Assembly: GCA_050115495.1 (NCBI GenBank)
Contig: JASFQK010000047.1
Span: forward strand, 1-43,927
Reading direction: 5' to 3'
Length of the DNA: 43,927 bases
Source: Phycisphaerae bacterium
Lineage (GTDB): Bacteria; Planctomycetota; Phycisphaerae; UBA1845; Fen-1342
The translations under genes were made by a program, and so were the position numbers. Numbering within the stretch: the first letter of the stretch is position 1; each line of letters opens with the position of its first letter. Positions 19,856 to 27,420 of this stretch are shown here, in pieces. The notes under the pieces were generated by a model that was given only the letters and a program-made list of their open reading frames with translations, made no database searches and was not told where the DNA came from.

Positions 19856-20719
19856 ATGAACGGACCCAACAAAGCCAAGATCATGGACGGCCAGGCGCTC
19901 GCCCAGCGGTTGCTGGACCGCGCCGCCCAGAGCGTCCACCGTATACGTACCACCGCCGGCGTCACGCCAGCCCTGGCCACGGTCATCGTCGGTGACGACC
20001 CCGCGTCGCGGACCTACGTTCGCATGAAACGCCGCCGCTGCGAAGCCGTCGGCATGAAGTCCCTCGCCGTCGAGATGCCGCTCGGCACCACGACCGAGGA
20101 GCTCGTCGCTGAAATCACCAAGCTCGGGGCGGATCCGGAGGTGCACGGCATCCTCGTCCAGCACCCCGTGCCCAACCCCATCGACCGGCGGGCCGCCTTC
20201 GAGGCCATCCCCCTGGAGAAGGACGTCGACGGCGTGACCTCCGCCACGCTCGGCCGCGTCATCCTGGGCATGCCGGCGTTCATCCCCTGCACGCCGGCGG
20301 GGATCATGCGCCTGCTCGAGGAATACCACGTGCCGCTGGACGGGGCCCACGCCGTCGTGATCGGCCGCAGTCCGATCCTGGGCCGCCCGATGGCCTCGCT
20401 GCTCATCAACGCCCACGCCACGGTGACGCTGTGCCACTCACGGACGCGCTCGCTGGCGAGCCTCGTCCGCAACGCGGACGTGGTGATCGCCGCCGTCGGC
20501 CGCCCGAGGTTCGTGCAGGGTGGCTGGATCAAGGTTGGTGCCGTGATCATCGATGGCGGCTACAACGAAGGTAACGTCGGCGACGTCGACTTCGACAACG
20601 CCATCGAGCCCGCCTCGCTGATTACCCCCGTTCCCGGCGGCGTCGGGCCGATGACCATCGCCATGCTCATCGACCACACCGTCACCGCCGCCGCCAGCCA
20701 GCTCCACGTTGAGCTGTGA
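19856..20719 (+). CDS. folD: Bifunctional methylenetetrahydrofolate dehydrogenase/cyclohydrolase
   Basis: VGDDPASRTYV, VHGILVQHP, KDVDG, PCTPAGI, VIGRSPILGRP, ITPVPGGVGPMTIAML. Confidence 0.96.
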   Translation: MNGPNKAKIMDGQALAQRLLDRAAQSVHRIRTTAGVTPALATVIVGDDPASRTYVRMKRRRCEAVGMKSLAVEMPLGTTTEELVAEITKLGADPEVHGILVQHPVPNPIDRRAAFEAIPLEKDVDGVTSATLGRVILGMPAFIPCTPAGIMRLLEEYHVPLDGAHAVVIGRSPILGRPMASLLINAHATVTLCHSRTRSLASLVRNADVVIAAVGRPRFVQGGWIKVGAVIIDGGYNEGNVGDVDFDNAIEPASLITPVPGGVGPMTIAMLIDHTVTAAASQLHVEL

Positions 20720-20721
20720 CT

Positions 20722-20746
20722 GGCGGGCGAGACGCCCGCTCCACCC
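20722..20746. repeat. REP-like palindrome between convergent folD and ROK genes
   Basis: GGCGGGCGAGACGCCCGCTCCACCC. Family also at 27163, 27215, 32097, 32146. Confidence 0.75.
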
Positions 20747-20776
20747 AGGGGTGAATCACCTGCTTCCGCGGAGCGG

Positions 20777-21736
20777 CTATCCTTCCCAGGCCAGGGCCGC
20801 GGCGCCGATGGTGCCGGCTTCGGGACCGAGCTTGGCCAGGGTGATCTCCGGCGGCCGCGTGCTGATCCGCCAGCGCAGACGCAGATACTGCTCGCGCACC
20901 GGCTCCAGCAGCCGCGCGCCGGCGTGCGTGAGCCCGCCGGCGAGCACGATCAAATTCGGGCTGAGCGTGTGCTCCACGCTGATGCAGCCGAGGGCGAGGT
21001 AGTAGCAGGTCTCGTCCCAGATCCGTGTCGCCAGGGCGTCGCCCGCGTCCGCCGCCTGGAGGACGTGTCGGGCGTCGAGCGGCTGACCGGCGCCGTGTAC
21101 GGCCGCCAGCGAGGACGGCTCGCCGGCCGCCAGCGCTTCGATCAGTCGTTCCCCGACGGCGTTGGCCGAACCGTAGCGTTCGAAACAGCCGGCCTGACCG
21201 CACGGGCACAGCCGGCCGCCGGGCACGACGACGATGTGGCCGATCTCGGCGGCGGCGTCGTCCACGCCGCGCCAGAGCTTGCCGTCCAGCACGATCCCGC
21301 CGCCGATGCCCGTGCCCAGCGTGAGCATGACCATGCTGCCCGCATTACGGCCGGCGCCGGCGAGGTACTCGCCGAAGGCGGCGGCGTTGCCGTCGTTCTC
21401 CAGCACGACCGGCAGGTGGATCGCCGCCGAGAACAGGTCGCGCAAGGGGATGTTGATCCAGCCGGGCAGGTTCGGGGCGCGGTAGATGATGCCGTCCTTG
21501 TGGGACAGGGGGCCGGGCGAGCCGACGCCGACGGCGTGGATGTCCTCGCGACTGAGACCGGCTTCATCCAGCAGTGTGTCGACCACGCCGGCCATGCGGC
21601 CCATCACGTGGTCGAAGCCGCGGTCGGCCTCGGTGTCGACGGAGCGCATGGCCCGCAGCGTGCCGTCGCGCCCGCAGAGCCCACCCTTGATGTTCGTGCC
21701 GCCCAGGTCCAGCCCGATCGTGCAACTCGTCGCCAT
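20777..21736 (-). CDS. ROK family sugar kinase (glucokinase-like)
   Basis: GLDLGGTNIK, VGSPG, ENDGNAAAFGE, TLGTGIGGG, AEIGH, Zn motif CPCGQAGCFE. Confidence 0.92.
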   Translation of the reverse strand: MATSCTIGLDLGGTNIKGGLCGRDGTLRAMRSVDTEADRGFDHVMGRMAGVVDTLLDEAGLSREDIHAVGVGSPGPLSHKDGIIYRAPNLPGWINIPLRDLFSAAIHLPVVLENDGNAAAFGEYLAGAGRNAGSMVMLTLGTGIGGGIVLDGKLWRGVDDAAAEIGHIVVVPGGRLCPCGQAGCFERYGSANAVGERLIEALAAGEPSSLAAVHGAGQPLDARHVLQAADAGDALATRIWDETCYYLALGCISVEHTLSPNLIVLAGGLTHAGARLLEPVREQYLRLRWRISTRPPEITLAKLGPEAGTIGAAALAWEG

Positions 21737-21868
21737 ACTACGCACCGTTTCTCACTCAGGTCTCATTTGTGTGCCGCTGCCTACGTAGAGCGGGCTCGGC
21801 CCGCCGCTTGCGCGTCCCGCGTGTCCGCCACGTGCGGCAGCAACCGTTCGCCGGACGGAGCGGCCGCT

Positions 21869-22034
21869 GTGTGCCACTGCTCTTGAGCAGTGTCTTCCGG
21901 GGCGTGGCGTTTTCAGCGTTCGACGTCGGCCACGGGGGGCCGACGCTACGAGGACGGTCGACACGGGATGGACATGCCGGCGCTGCGCTTCGGCATGCCA
22001 CACGAAGACGTCCGGTACGGAGCCCGGCCGCTGC
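21869..22034. repeat. Intergenic REP cluster
   Basis: GTGTGCCACTGCTCTTGAGCAGTG 21869-21892; GACGTCGGCCACGGGGGGCCGACGCTAC 21922-21949; GACGTCCGGTACGGAGCCCGGCCGCTGC 22007-22034. Confidence 0.88.
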
Positions 22035-22046
22035 AGTCCGCCATTG

Positions 22047-23666
22047 TCACTCGGTCAGGTGCACCTCGCCACCGACGACACAGCCGGCGATGCCGACGTG
22101 CGGCAGAATCTCCGGCGGCGCCGCGAGCGGGTCATCCCGCCAGATCGTCAAGTCCGCCAGTGCTCCCGGGGCCAGCGTGCCCGCTGGCGGACCCTGACCG
22201 ACCGAGGCGGCGGCCCCAACCGTGAATGCCCGCAGTGCTTCCTCCACCGTCAGCTTCTGCCCGCGGAACCAGCCGCCGCCGGGCCGTCCGGCCAGATCCG
22301 TCCGGCACACCGCCGCGAAGAGGCCCAGACGCGGATCAAGCTGCTCGATGGGCACGTCGGAGCCGGCGGCGAGCGTCACACCGTAGGCCAGCATTCGGCG
22401 AAATGCGTACGTGTTCCGCCGAGCGCGCGGCCAATGGCGATCCGCCGTCGGAATATCGCCGATGAGGTGGCTCGGCTGGACCGAGGCGGCGATACCCAGC
22501 CGAGCCATGCGTCGCAGGTCGGTCGGTCGGGCGCACTGCACGTGTTCGATCCGATGGGGCAGGGGGCGCGGCTCGACCCGACGAGCGGCGGCGATGGCGG
22601 CGACGGTGTCGTGCACCGCGCGGTCACCGATGGCGTGCACCCACACCGGCCAGCCCTGGCGAGCGATGCGTACCACGGTCTCCCGCAGTTCCTCACCGAC
22701 CAGCACGGGCACGCCGTGGAAGCCCGGTCGCCCGGGATACGCGTCGTACATATACGCCGTCTGCGAGCCGAGCGACCCGTCCGTGAAGATCTTCGCCGCG
22801 CCCAGCCGCAGCCAGTCGTCACCCAGACCGGCGGCGAGGCCGAGCTCTTCGGCGTGCGCGATTGCGCCCAGCGGAATGCTGTGCACGAAGCGGATGCCCA
22901 GCCGTCCCGCGTGCCGTTGCCGCTGCAAGTGCCAGAGCGCCACGCCGTCATCCACGCAGTGGACGCGGACGAGGCCCCGCGACCAGGCGACCGCGTACGC
23001 GTCGGCCAGAGCGCGATCGATGCGCCGCAACGTGCTGGCGTCACGACGGCAGGCGAGATCACGCACAGGATTGGGCAGGCCCGCCACCGCGGCTTCCTGG
23101 AGGATGCCCGTCGGTTGCCCACGCGTATCGCGCAAAATTCGCCCGCCCTTCGGGTCAGGGGTTCGCGCCGTGATGCCCACGCTGCGCAGCCCCGCGCTGT
23201 TCAGCCATACCGTGTGCCAGTCACGGCTGCGCACCATCACCGGACGTGCAGAAACGGCCCGGTCCAGGTCGCGCGCCGTCGGGAAGTCCCCACCCCACGC
23301 GTTGTAGTTGAAGCCGTCGGCGATGACCCAGTCGCCCACCGTCTTCCGCGGCGCCTCGGTCCGAATGCGGTCGAGCGCCCCGTCCTTCGTCTGCATGCCA
23401 GCGACGTTGATGACCAGCGCTCGTTCGAGCGCCCAGTAGAAGAAGTGCGTGTGGCTGTCGACCAGTCCCGGCGTGAGCACGCACGAGCCCAGGTCCACGA
23501 CGCGCGTGCGCCGCGTGGCTTCTCGCCGTAGCCGGCTGCGCGGACCGACGCGCACGATTCGCCCGCCGGTAATAACCACGGCGTCCGGCCGTCCCGCGTG
23601 TGGACACAGCGGATGGCATCGGCGGGCCAGCAGAATGAGATCGGGCTCAGCGGGTCCGAAACGCAT
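22047..23666 (-). CDS. Amidohydrolase family 3 (YtcJ-like) protein
   Basis: PGLVDSHTH, KIFTDGSLGSQTA, HAIGDRA, HRIEHVQ, SVQPSH, GSDVPI, GALADL. Confidence 0.9.
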   Translation of the reverse strand: MRFGPAEPDLILLARRCHPLCPHAGRPDAVVITGGRIVRVGPRSRLRREATRRTRVVDLGSCVLTPGLVDSHTHFFYWALERALVINVAGMQTKDGALDRIRTEAPRKTVGDWVIADGFNYNAWGGDFPTARDLDRAVSARPVMVRSRDWHTVWLNSAGLRSVGITARTPDPKGGRILRDTRGQPTGILQEAAVAGLPNPVRDLACRRDASTLRRIDRALADAYAVAWSRGLVRVHCVDDGVALWHLQRQRHAGRLGIRFVHSIPLGAIAHAEELGLAAGLGDDWLRLGAAKIFTDGSLGSQTAYMYDAYPGRPGFHGVPVLVGEELRETVVRIARQGWPVWVHAIGDRAVHDTVAAIAAARRVEPRPLPHRIEHVQCARPTDLRRMARLGIAASVQPSHLIGDIPTADRHWPRARRNTYAFRRMLAYGVTLAAGSDVPIEQLDPRLGLFAAVCRTDLAGRPGGGWFRGQKLTVEEALRAFTVGAAASVGQGPPAGTLAPGALADLTIWRDDPLAAPPEILPHVGIAGCVVGGEVHLTE

Positions 23667-23729
23667 GGCGGCGATTATGGAGTGGTCAGGATGCGGCGAC
23701 AACAGGCAGGTGTTGCTGTCGGCCCGCGC

Positions 23730-23825
23730 AAAAAAATAGAGCGGGGCAGGCTAGCGACGACCGGGGTGTTCGGGCCGAAGGGAGGGGGAGGTCGCCGCTT
23801 GAGTAGCCTGCTCCGCCACCAATCG
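23730..23825 (-). ncRNA. Candidate ~95-nt small RNA or attenuator leader: long hairpin with C-rich loop and U-tract
   Basis: Minus-strand extended -10 TGATATAAT at 23840-23832. Stems GCGGAGCAGGCTA/TAGCCTGCCCCGC and GCGGCGACC/GGTCGTCGC. Loop contains CCTCCCCCTCCC. T7 tract at 23736-23730. Confidence 0.5.
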
Positions 23826-23988
23826 CTTTGGATTATATCAGGGAACGGTTCTAGATGGTAGGGGATTCGCAATTGTCGATTTTTGTTTTTCCCGGGACTG
23901 GTGTCTCGGGGGAGGAGGCACCCCCCTGGAGGCGGGTCCGTCCGGCTTATCGGCGGGAGAAACGGGCACGGAAATCGCCGCGGGGTCC

Positions 23989-24017
23989 TTGATTCGTTGG
24001 CTGGCGGCGCCTACCTT
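23989..24017 (+). promoter_or_regulatory. Sigma70-type promoter for tRNA-Thr
   Basis: TTGATT, 17-nt spacer, TACCTT, 30 nt before the tRNA. Confidence 0.5.
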
Positions 24018-24047
24018 GTCTTTGGGTGGCTTGCGGTATGTCACCAC

Positions 24048-24119
24048 GCCGATGTAGCTCAACGGTAGAGCACGGCTTTCGTAAAGCCGGGGTTGAGGGT
24101 TCAAATCCCTCCATCGGCT
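24048..24119 (+). tRNA. tRNA-Thr (anticodon CGT), CCA not encoded
   Basis: Cloverleaf: acceptor GCCGATG/CATCGGC, D-arm GCTC/GAGC, anticodon arm CGGCT-TTCGTAA-AGCCG, T-arm GAGGG-TTCAAAT-CCCTC. Confidence 0.97.
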
Positions 24120-24376
24120 TTTTCTATTGCGCCGGCGAGGGCTGGTCGGCGCGGGGGCGGGTTGGGGGTAAGGAATTCCTGATAACATAGATAGTCTAGA
24201 ATATATTGTCGCTGGGGCAGGGCGGCCGGTCGCGCGGCGCGCGTTGTCGGCCCTCGCCGCGAGCGCACCTCGCGAAAAAGAATTTTGCAAAAAGTTTCCG
24301 GCGCTGCTGCAAACTCGGGCCGAGAATGCTATACATGTACGTGTGGCCCGCGCTTTCGAGCGCGCGTGGCCCGGAT

Positions 24377-24423
24377 GATGGAAGGTCGGAAGTGCGCCAC
24401 GGCCGGACCTTCCATCTTTTTTT
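24377..24423 (+). terminator. Intrinsic terminator 72 nt upstream of the 24496 gene
   Basis: Perfect 11-bp stem GATGGAAGGTC (24377-24387) / GACCTTCCATC (24406-24416), followed by T7. Confidence 0.75.
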
Positions 24424-24495
24424 GCGCGCCGGGGTCGCCTGCCGGTCGACATACAATGAGGGGCGTTCAGGTCTCCAGGGCACGAAAGCTGCGGG

Positions 24496-26454
24496 ATGAT
24501 CATGAAATCCGCCTACCCGACGATCGGCGTGCTCCTGATGTTGCTGGCCGCGACCGGCCTGGTCCGTGCCGAGCGCACCATCACCGCCGCCGATTTCGCC
24601 GACAAACTTCACGGCATGTGGCTCGGTCAGCTTATCGGCGTGTCGGCCGGGGCGGCGACGGAGGGGCAGTACAGCGGCGCCGATCCCAATCCCGCCGACA
24701 GCGTGCCCTGGGTGCTGCTGCCGGTGTGGGTGGCCGACGACGACACGGACATCGAGTACCTCGTGCAGCACGTGTACCTGACGTACGGCTTCGCGCCGAC
24801 GCCGAGCGAGCTGCGTGACGAGTGGCTCGCCCACGTCCCGCTGACGACCGTGTGGATCGCCAACCGCCAGGCGCGCTACTGGATGGGCCACGGGCTCTCG
24901 CCGCCGGAGACGGGGGCTTACGACCGCAACGTGAACTGGTGGGGCATCGACCCGCAGCTCACGACTGAGTCGATCGGCGCGATCTCGCCTGGCCAGCGGC
25001 AATGGGCCATCGAGCACGTCGCCGACTGGGCCCGCATCACGACCGAGGGCCATCCGGTCCACGCCGCTCAGTTCTACGGGGCGATGTTCGCCGCCGGCGC
25101 TTTCGAGGACGACGTGCCGGCGCTGATCGAGGCAGGGTTGGCGGCGATTCCGCAGTCATCGCGCACGGCGGCGGTCGTCCGCGACGTCATCGCCTGGCAC
25201 GCCGCCGACCTGGCCGACGGCACGCCTGACTGGCGGGCCACGCGCCAGCAGCTCTACGACCACTACCAGGGCGGCGCCTCGTTCGGCCGCTGGCAGCACT
25301 GGGTCGAGTCCACCATCAACGTCGGGGCAACGACGCTCGCGCTCCTCTACGGCGACGGCTCGTTCGAGGACACCGTGCAGATCGCGGTGCTGGCCGGCTG
25401 GGACTGCGACTGCAACGGGGCGACGGCCGGCGGTTTGCTCGGCATGATCCACGGCTACAGCGGGCTGCCCGTCGATCTCACCGCCCAGTGCGGCGACGTT
25501 TTCCGTAACGCCACGCGGCCGGATCTGCCCGTCGCCGGCGTGGCCCTGCCGCAGGACGATTCGATCCTCGCGATCTGTCAGCGCTGGCAGATGCTGACCG
25601 AGGCGGCGCTGCTCGAGACCGGCGGCTGGATCACGGGTGAGGGTGTGGACCGCACGTACCACATTGCCGACGAGACGCCGCTCGTGCCTGAGCCGGAGCT
25701 GTGGGATCCTGCTGATGCGGCCGGCCTGGTCGGCGAGCTGCGCAGCGAAGGGGCGGAGGTCATCGTTTCCGCCAGCGTCGAGGCGCACGCGCCGCAGTAC
25801 GACCGCTATGACCTCGAAGGTGTCGCCGACGGCGTCGTGGACGTGCGCTACAACGGGCACAAGCCGTACTGGACACGCGACGGCGACCCTTCGCCGCCAC
25901 CTGCCGGGGAATTCTACGCGTTCACGTTCCCGCGTATGGTTCGCGTCGACCGCGTCGTCTTCTATGAGGGCGATCTCGTCTACGCCGCCGTCAACCAGGA
26001 CCCGTACACGGTGCAGTACTACGGCGGCTACTTCACGTCGTTGGCCGTCGAGGTGTGCCGCGGCGGGCAGTGGTTTGAGCCTCCGGCACTCGCGGCGAGC
26101 GAGCCGCTCGACCAATACCGTCCGCATCAGGTGATCGCGTTCGACTTCGCCCCGCAATGGTGCACGGCCGTGCGCATCCGCGGCGACGCCGGCGGCACCG
26201 AGCATTTCACGACGATTCTCGAACTGGAGGCGTGGGGGGCCGCGCCACCGCCGCCGACGCGGGGTGATCTCAACGGCGACGGGGCCGTCGACAACTTCGA
26301 CATCAGCCCCTTCGTGCTCGCCCTGGTCGACCCCGCGGCGTTCGTGGCCGCTTACCCCGACGTCAATCCGTACATCGCCGGCGACATCAATGAAGACGGG
26401 GCGGTCGACAACTTCGACATCGCCCCGTTCGTGCACCTTCTGCTCGGTGGCTGA
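24496..26454 (+). CDS. Secreted ADP-ribosylglycohydrolase-family protein with discoidin/F5-8-like domain and dockerin-like tail
   Basis: Signal peptide; DKLHGMWLGQLIG, ADDDTDIE, GWDCDCNGATAGGLLG; VRIRG..TILELEAW; GDLNGDGAVDNFDISPF / GDINEDGAVDNFDIAPF. Confidence 0.82.
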   Translation: MIMKSAYPTIGVLLMLLAATGLVRAERTITAADFADKLHGMWLGQLIGVSAGAATEGQYSGADPNPADSVPWVLLPVWVADDDTDIEYLVQHVYLTYGFAPTPSELRDEWLAHVPLTTVWIANRQARYWMGHGLSPPETGAYDRNVNWWGIDPQLTTESIGAISPGQRQWAIEHVADWARITTEGHPVHAAQFYGAMFAAGAFEDDVPALIEAGLAAIPQSSRTAAVVRDVIAWHAADLADGTPDWRATRQQLYDHYQGGASFGRWQHWVESTINVGATTLALLYGDGSFEDTVQIAVLAGWDCDCNGATAGGLLGMIHGYSGLPVDLTAQCGDVFRNATRPDLPVAGVALPQDDSILAICQRWQMLTEAALLETGGWITGEGVDRTYHIADETPLVPEPELWDPADAAGLVGELRSEGAEVIVSASVEAHAPQYDRYDLEGVADGVVDVRYNGHKPYWTRDGDPSPPPAGEFYAFTFPRMVRVDRVVFYEGDLVYAAVNQDPYTVQYYGGYFTSLAVEVCRGGQWFEPPALAASEPLDQYRPHQVIAFDFAPQWCTAVRIRGDAGGTEHFTTILELEAWGAAPPPPTRGDLNGDGAVDNFDISPFVLALVDPAAFVAAYPDVNPYIAGDINEDGAVDNFDIAPFVHLLLGG

Positions 26455-26468
26455 GCCCGCCTGCCGCG

Positions 26469-27128
26469 TCAGATCATCTTCAGGATGTGCTCGACCAGCT
26501 TGCGGATGCCCTCGTGCACGGCCGCCGGTCCCGGACCGAGCATGTACGCCGGCGTCGAGACGAGCTTGTGCTCCTCGTCGACGGTGATCTCGGTGGTGGG
26601 GCGGTCTTCGTGGACGCAGCCGGTGGTGGCGATGGCTTGGGCGACGCCGGCGTCGTTGCCGATGGTGACCCGAGCCTTGACGCCGCGAGCGCCGGCGACG
26701 CGGGCCAGCAGGGCGGGGGCGATGCAGATGGCCCCGATGGGCTTCTTCGCCGCCAACATGTCACCGATGAGCTTCTCCACCGCCGGATCGACCTTGCCTT
26801 TGGGCCCGTCGTCGGCGATGGTCGAGCAGTTCTTCGCCACGCCGAAACCGCCGGGAAGGATGAGGGCGTCGAGGTCGGCGGCGCGGACGTTCGCGACGTC
26901 CTGGATCTCGCAGCGGGCGATGCGGGCCGCCTCGTGCAGCACGTTCCGTTTCTCGCCGGTGGGCTCCTTCGTGAGGTGGTCCACGACGGCGGCCTGGGGG
27001 ATATCCGGGGCGCAGCAGACGATGGTCGCCCCGTGCTGATCCAGCGTCAGCAGCGTGAACACCGCCTCATGAATCTCGGCCCCGTCGAGAAATCCGCATC
27101 CCGAGAGCAACACGCCGACCTTGGGCAT
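26469..27128 (-). CDS. elbB: ElbB / ES1-type DJ-1/PfpI glyoxalase
   Basis: VLLSGCGFLDGAEIHEAV, EAARIAR, PGGFGVAKN, GAICIAP, KLVSTPAYM. AGGAGG RBS. Confidence 0.93.
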   Translation of the reverse strand: MPKVGVLLSGCGFLDGAEIHEAVFTLLTLDQHGATIVCCAPDIPQAAVVDHLTKEPTGEKRNVLHEAARIARCEIQDVANVRAADLDALILPGGFGVAKNCSTIADDGPKGKVDPAVEKLIGDMLAAKKPIGAICIAPALLARVAGARGVKARVTIGNDAGVAQAIATTGCVHEDRPTTEITVDEEHKLVSTPAYMLGPGPAAVHEGIRKLVEHILKMI

Positions 27129-27162
27129 CACAACCTCCTGTTCGCCGCTGAATCAAGTCTCT

Positions 27163-27420
27163 GGGTGGGGCGGGCGTCTCGCCCGCCGCTTTGGCTCTGC
27201 AATCCGAGTTCGTCGGGCGGGACGCCCGACCCACCCGAGACTAATGTACAGGCTCGGCCGCTACGGGTGCCACTGGTGGCTTGTCCACCAGTGCTTGGCC
27301 TTCTCCCCAGGCGACGTCGGCCACGGGGGGCCGGCGCTACCAGAGCCGGCGAGCCGACGCACAAGCGCCGGCGGGCCCGCGCTAGCAGCGCAGGCGGGCC
27401 GACGCTACTGGGGCCGCTAC
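27163..27420. repeat. Intergenic REP cluster (3-4 families)
   Basis: Inverted pair 27163-27187 / 27215-27236; GGTGCCACTGGTGGCTTGTCCACCAGTGC 27266-27294; GACGTCGGCCACGGGGGGCCGGCGCTAC 27313-27340; half units ending GCTAC up to 27420. Confidence 0.85.

Noticed and set aside
23730..23825. SRP (4.5S) or 6S RNA identity for the long hairpin
   Set aside because: It lacks the SRP CAGG..GGAA..AGCAG domain IV motif and is too short for 6S. Kept only as an unknown sRNA candidate.
24120..24495. Genomic island integrated at tRNA-Thr
   Set aside because: No integrase and no duplicated tRNA 3' end seen in the window.
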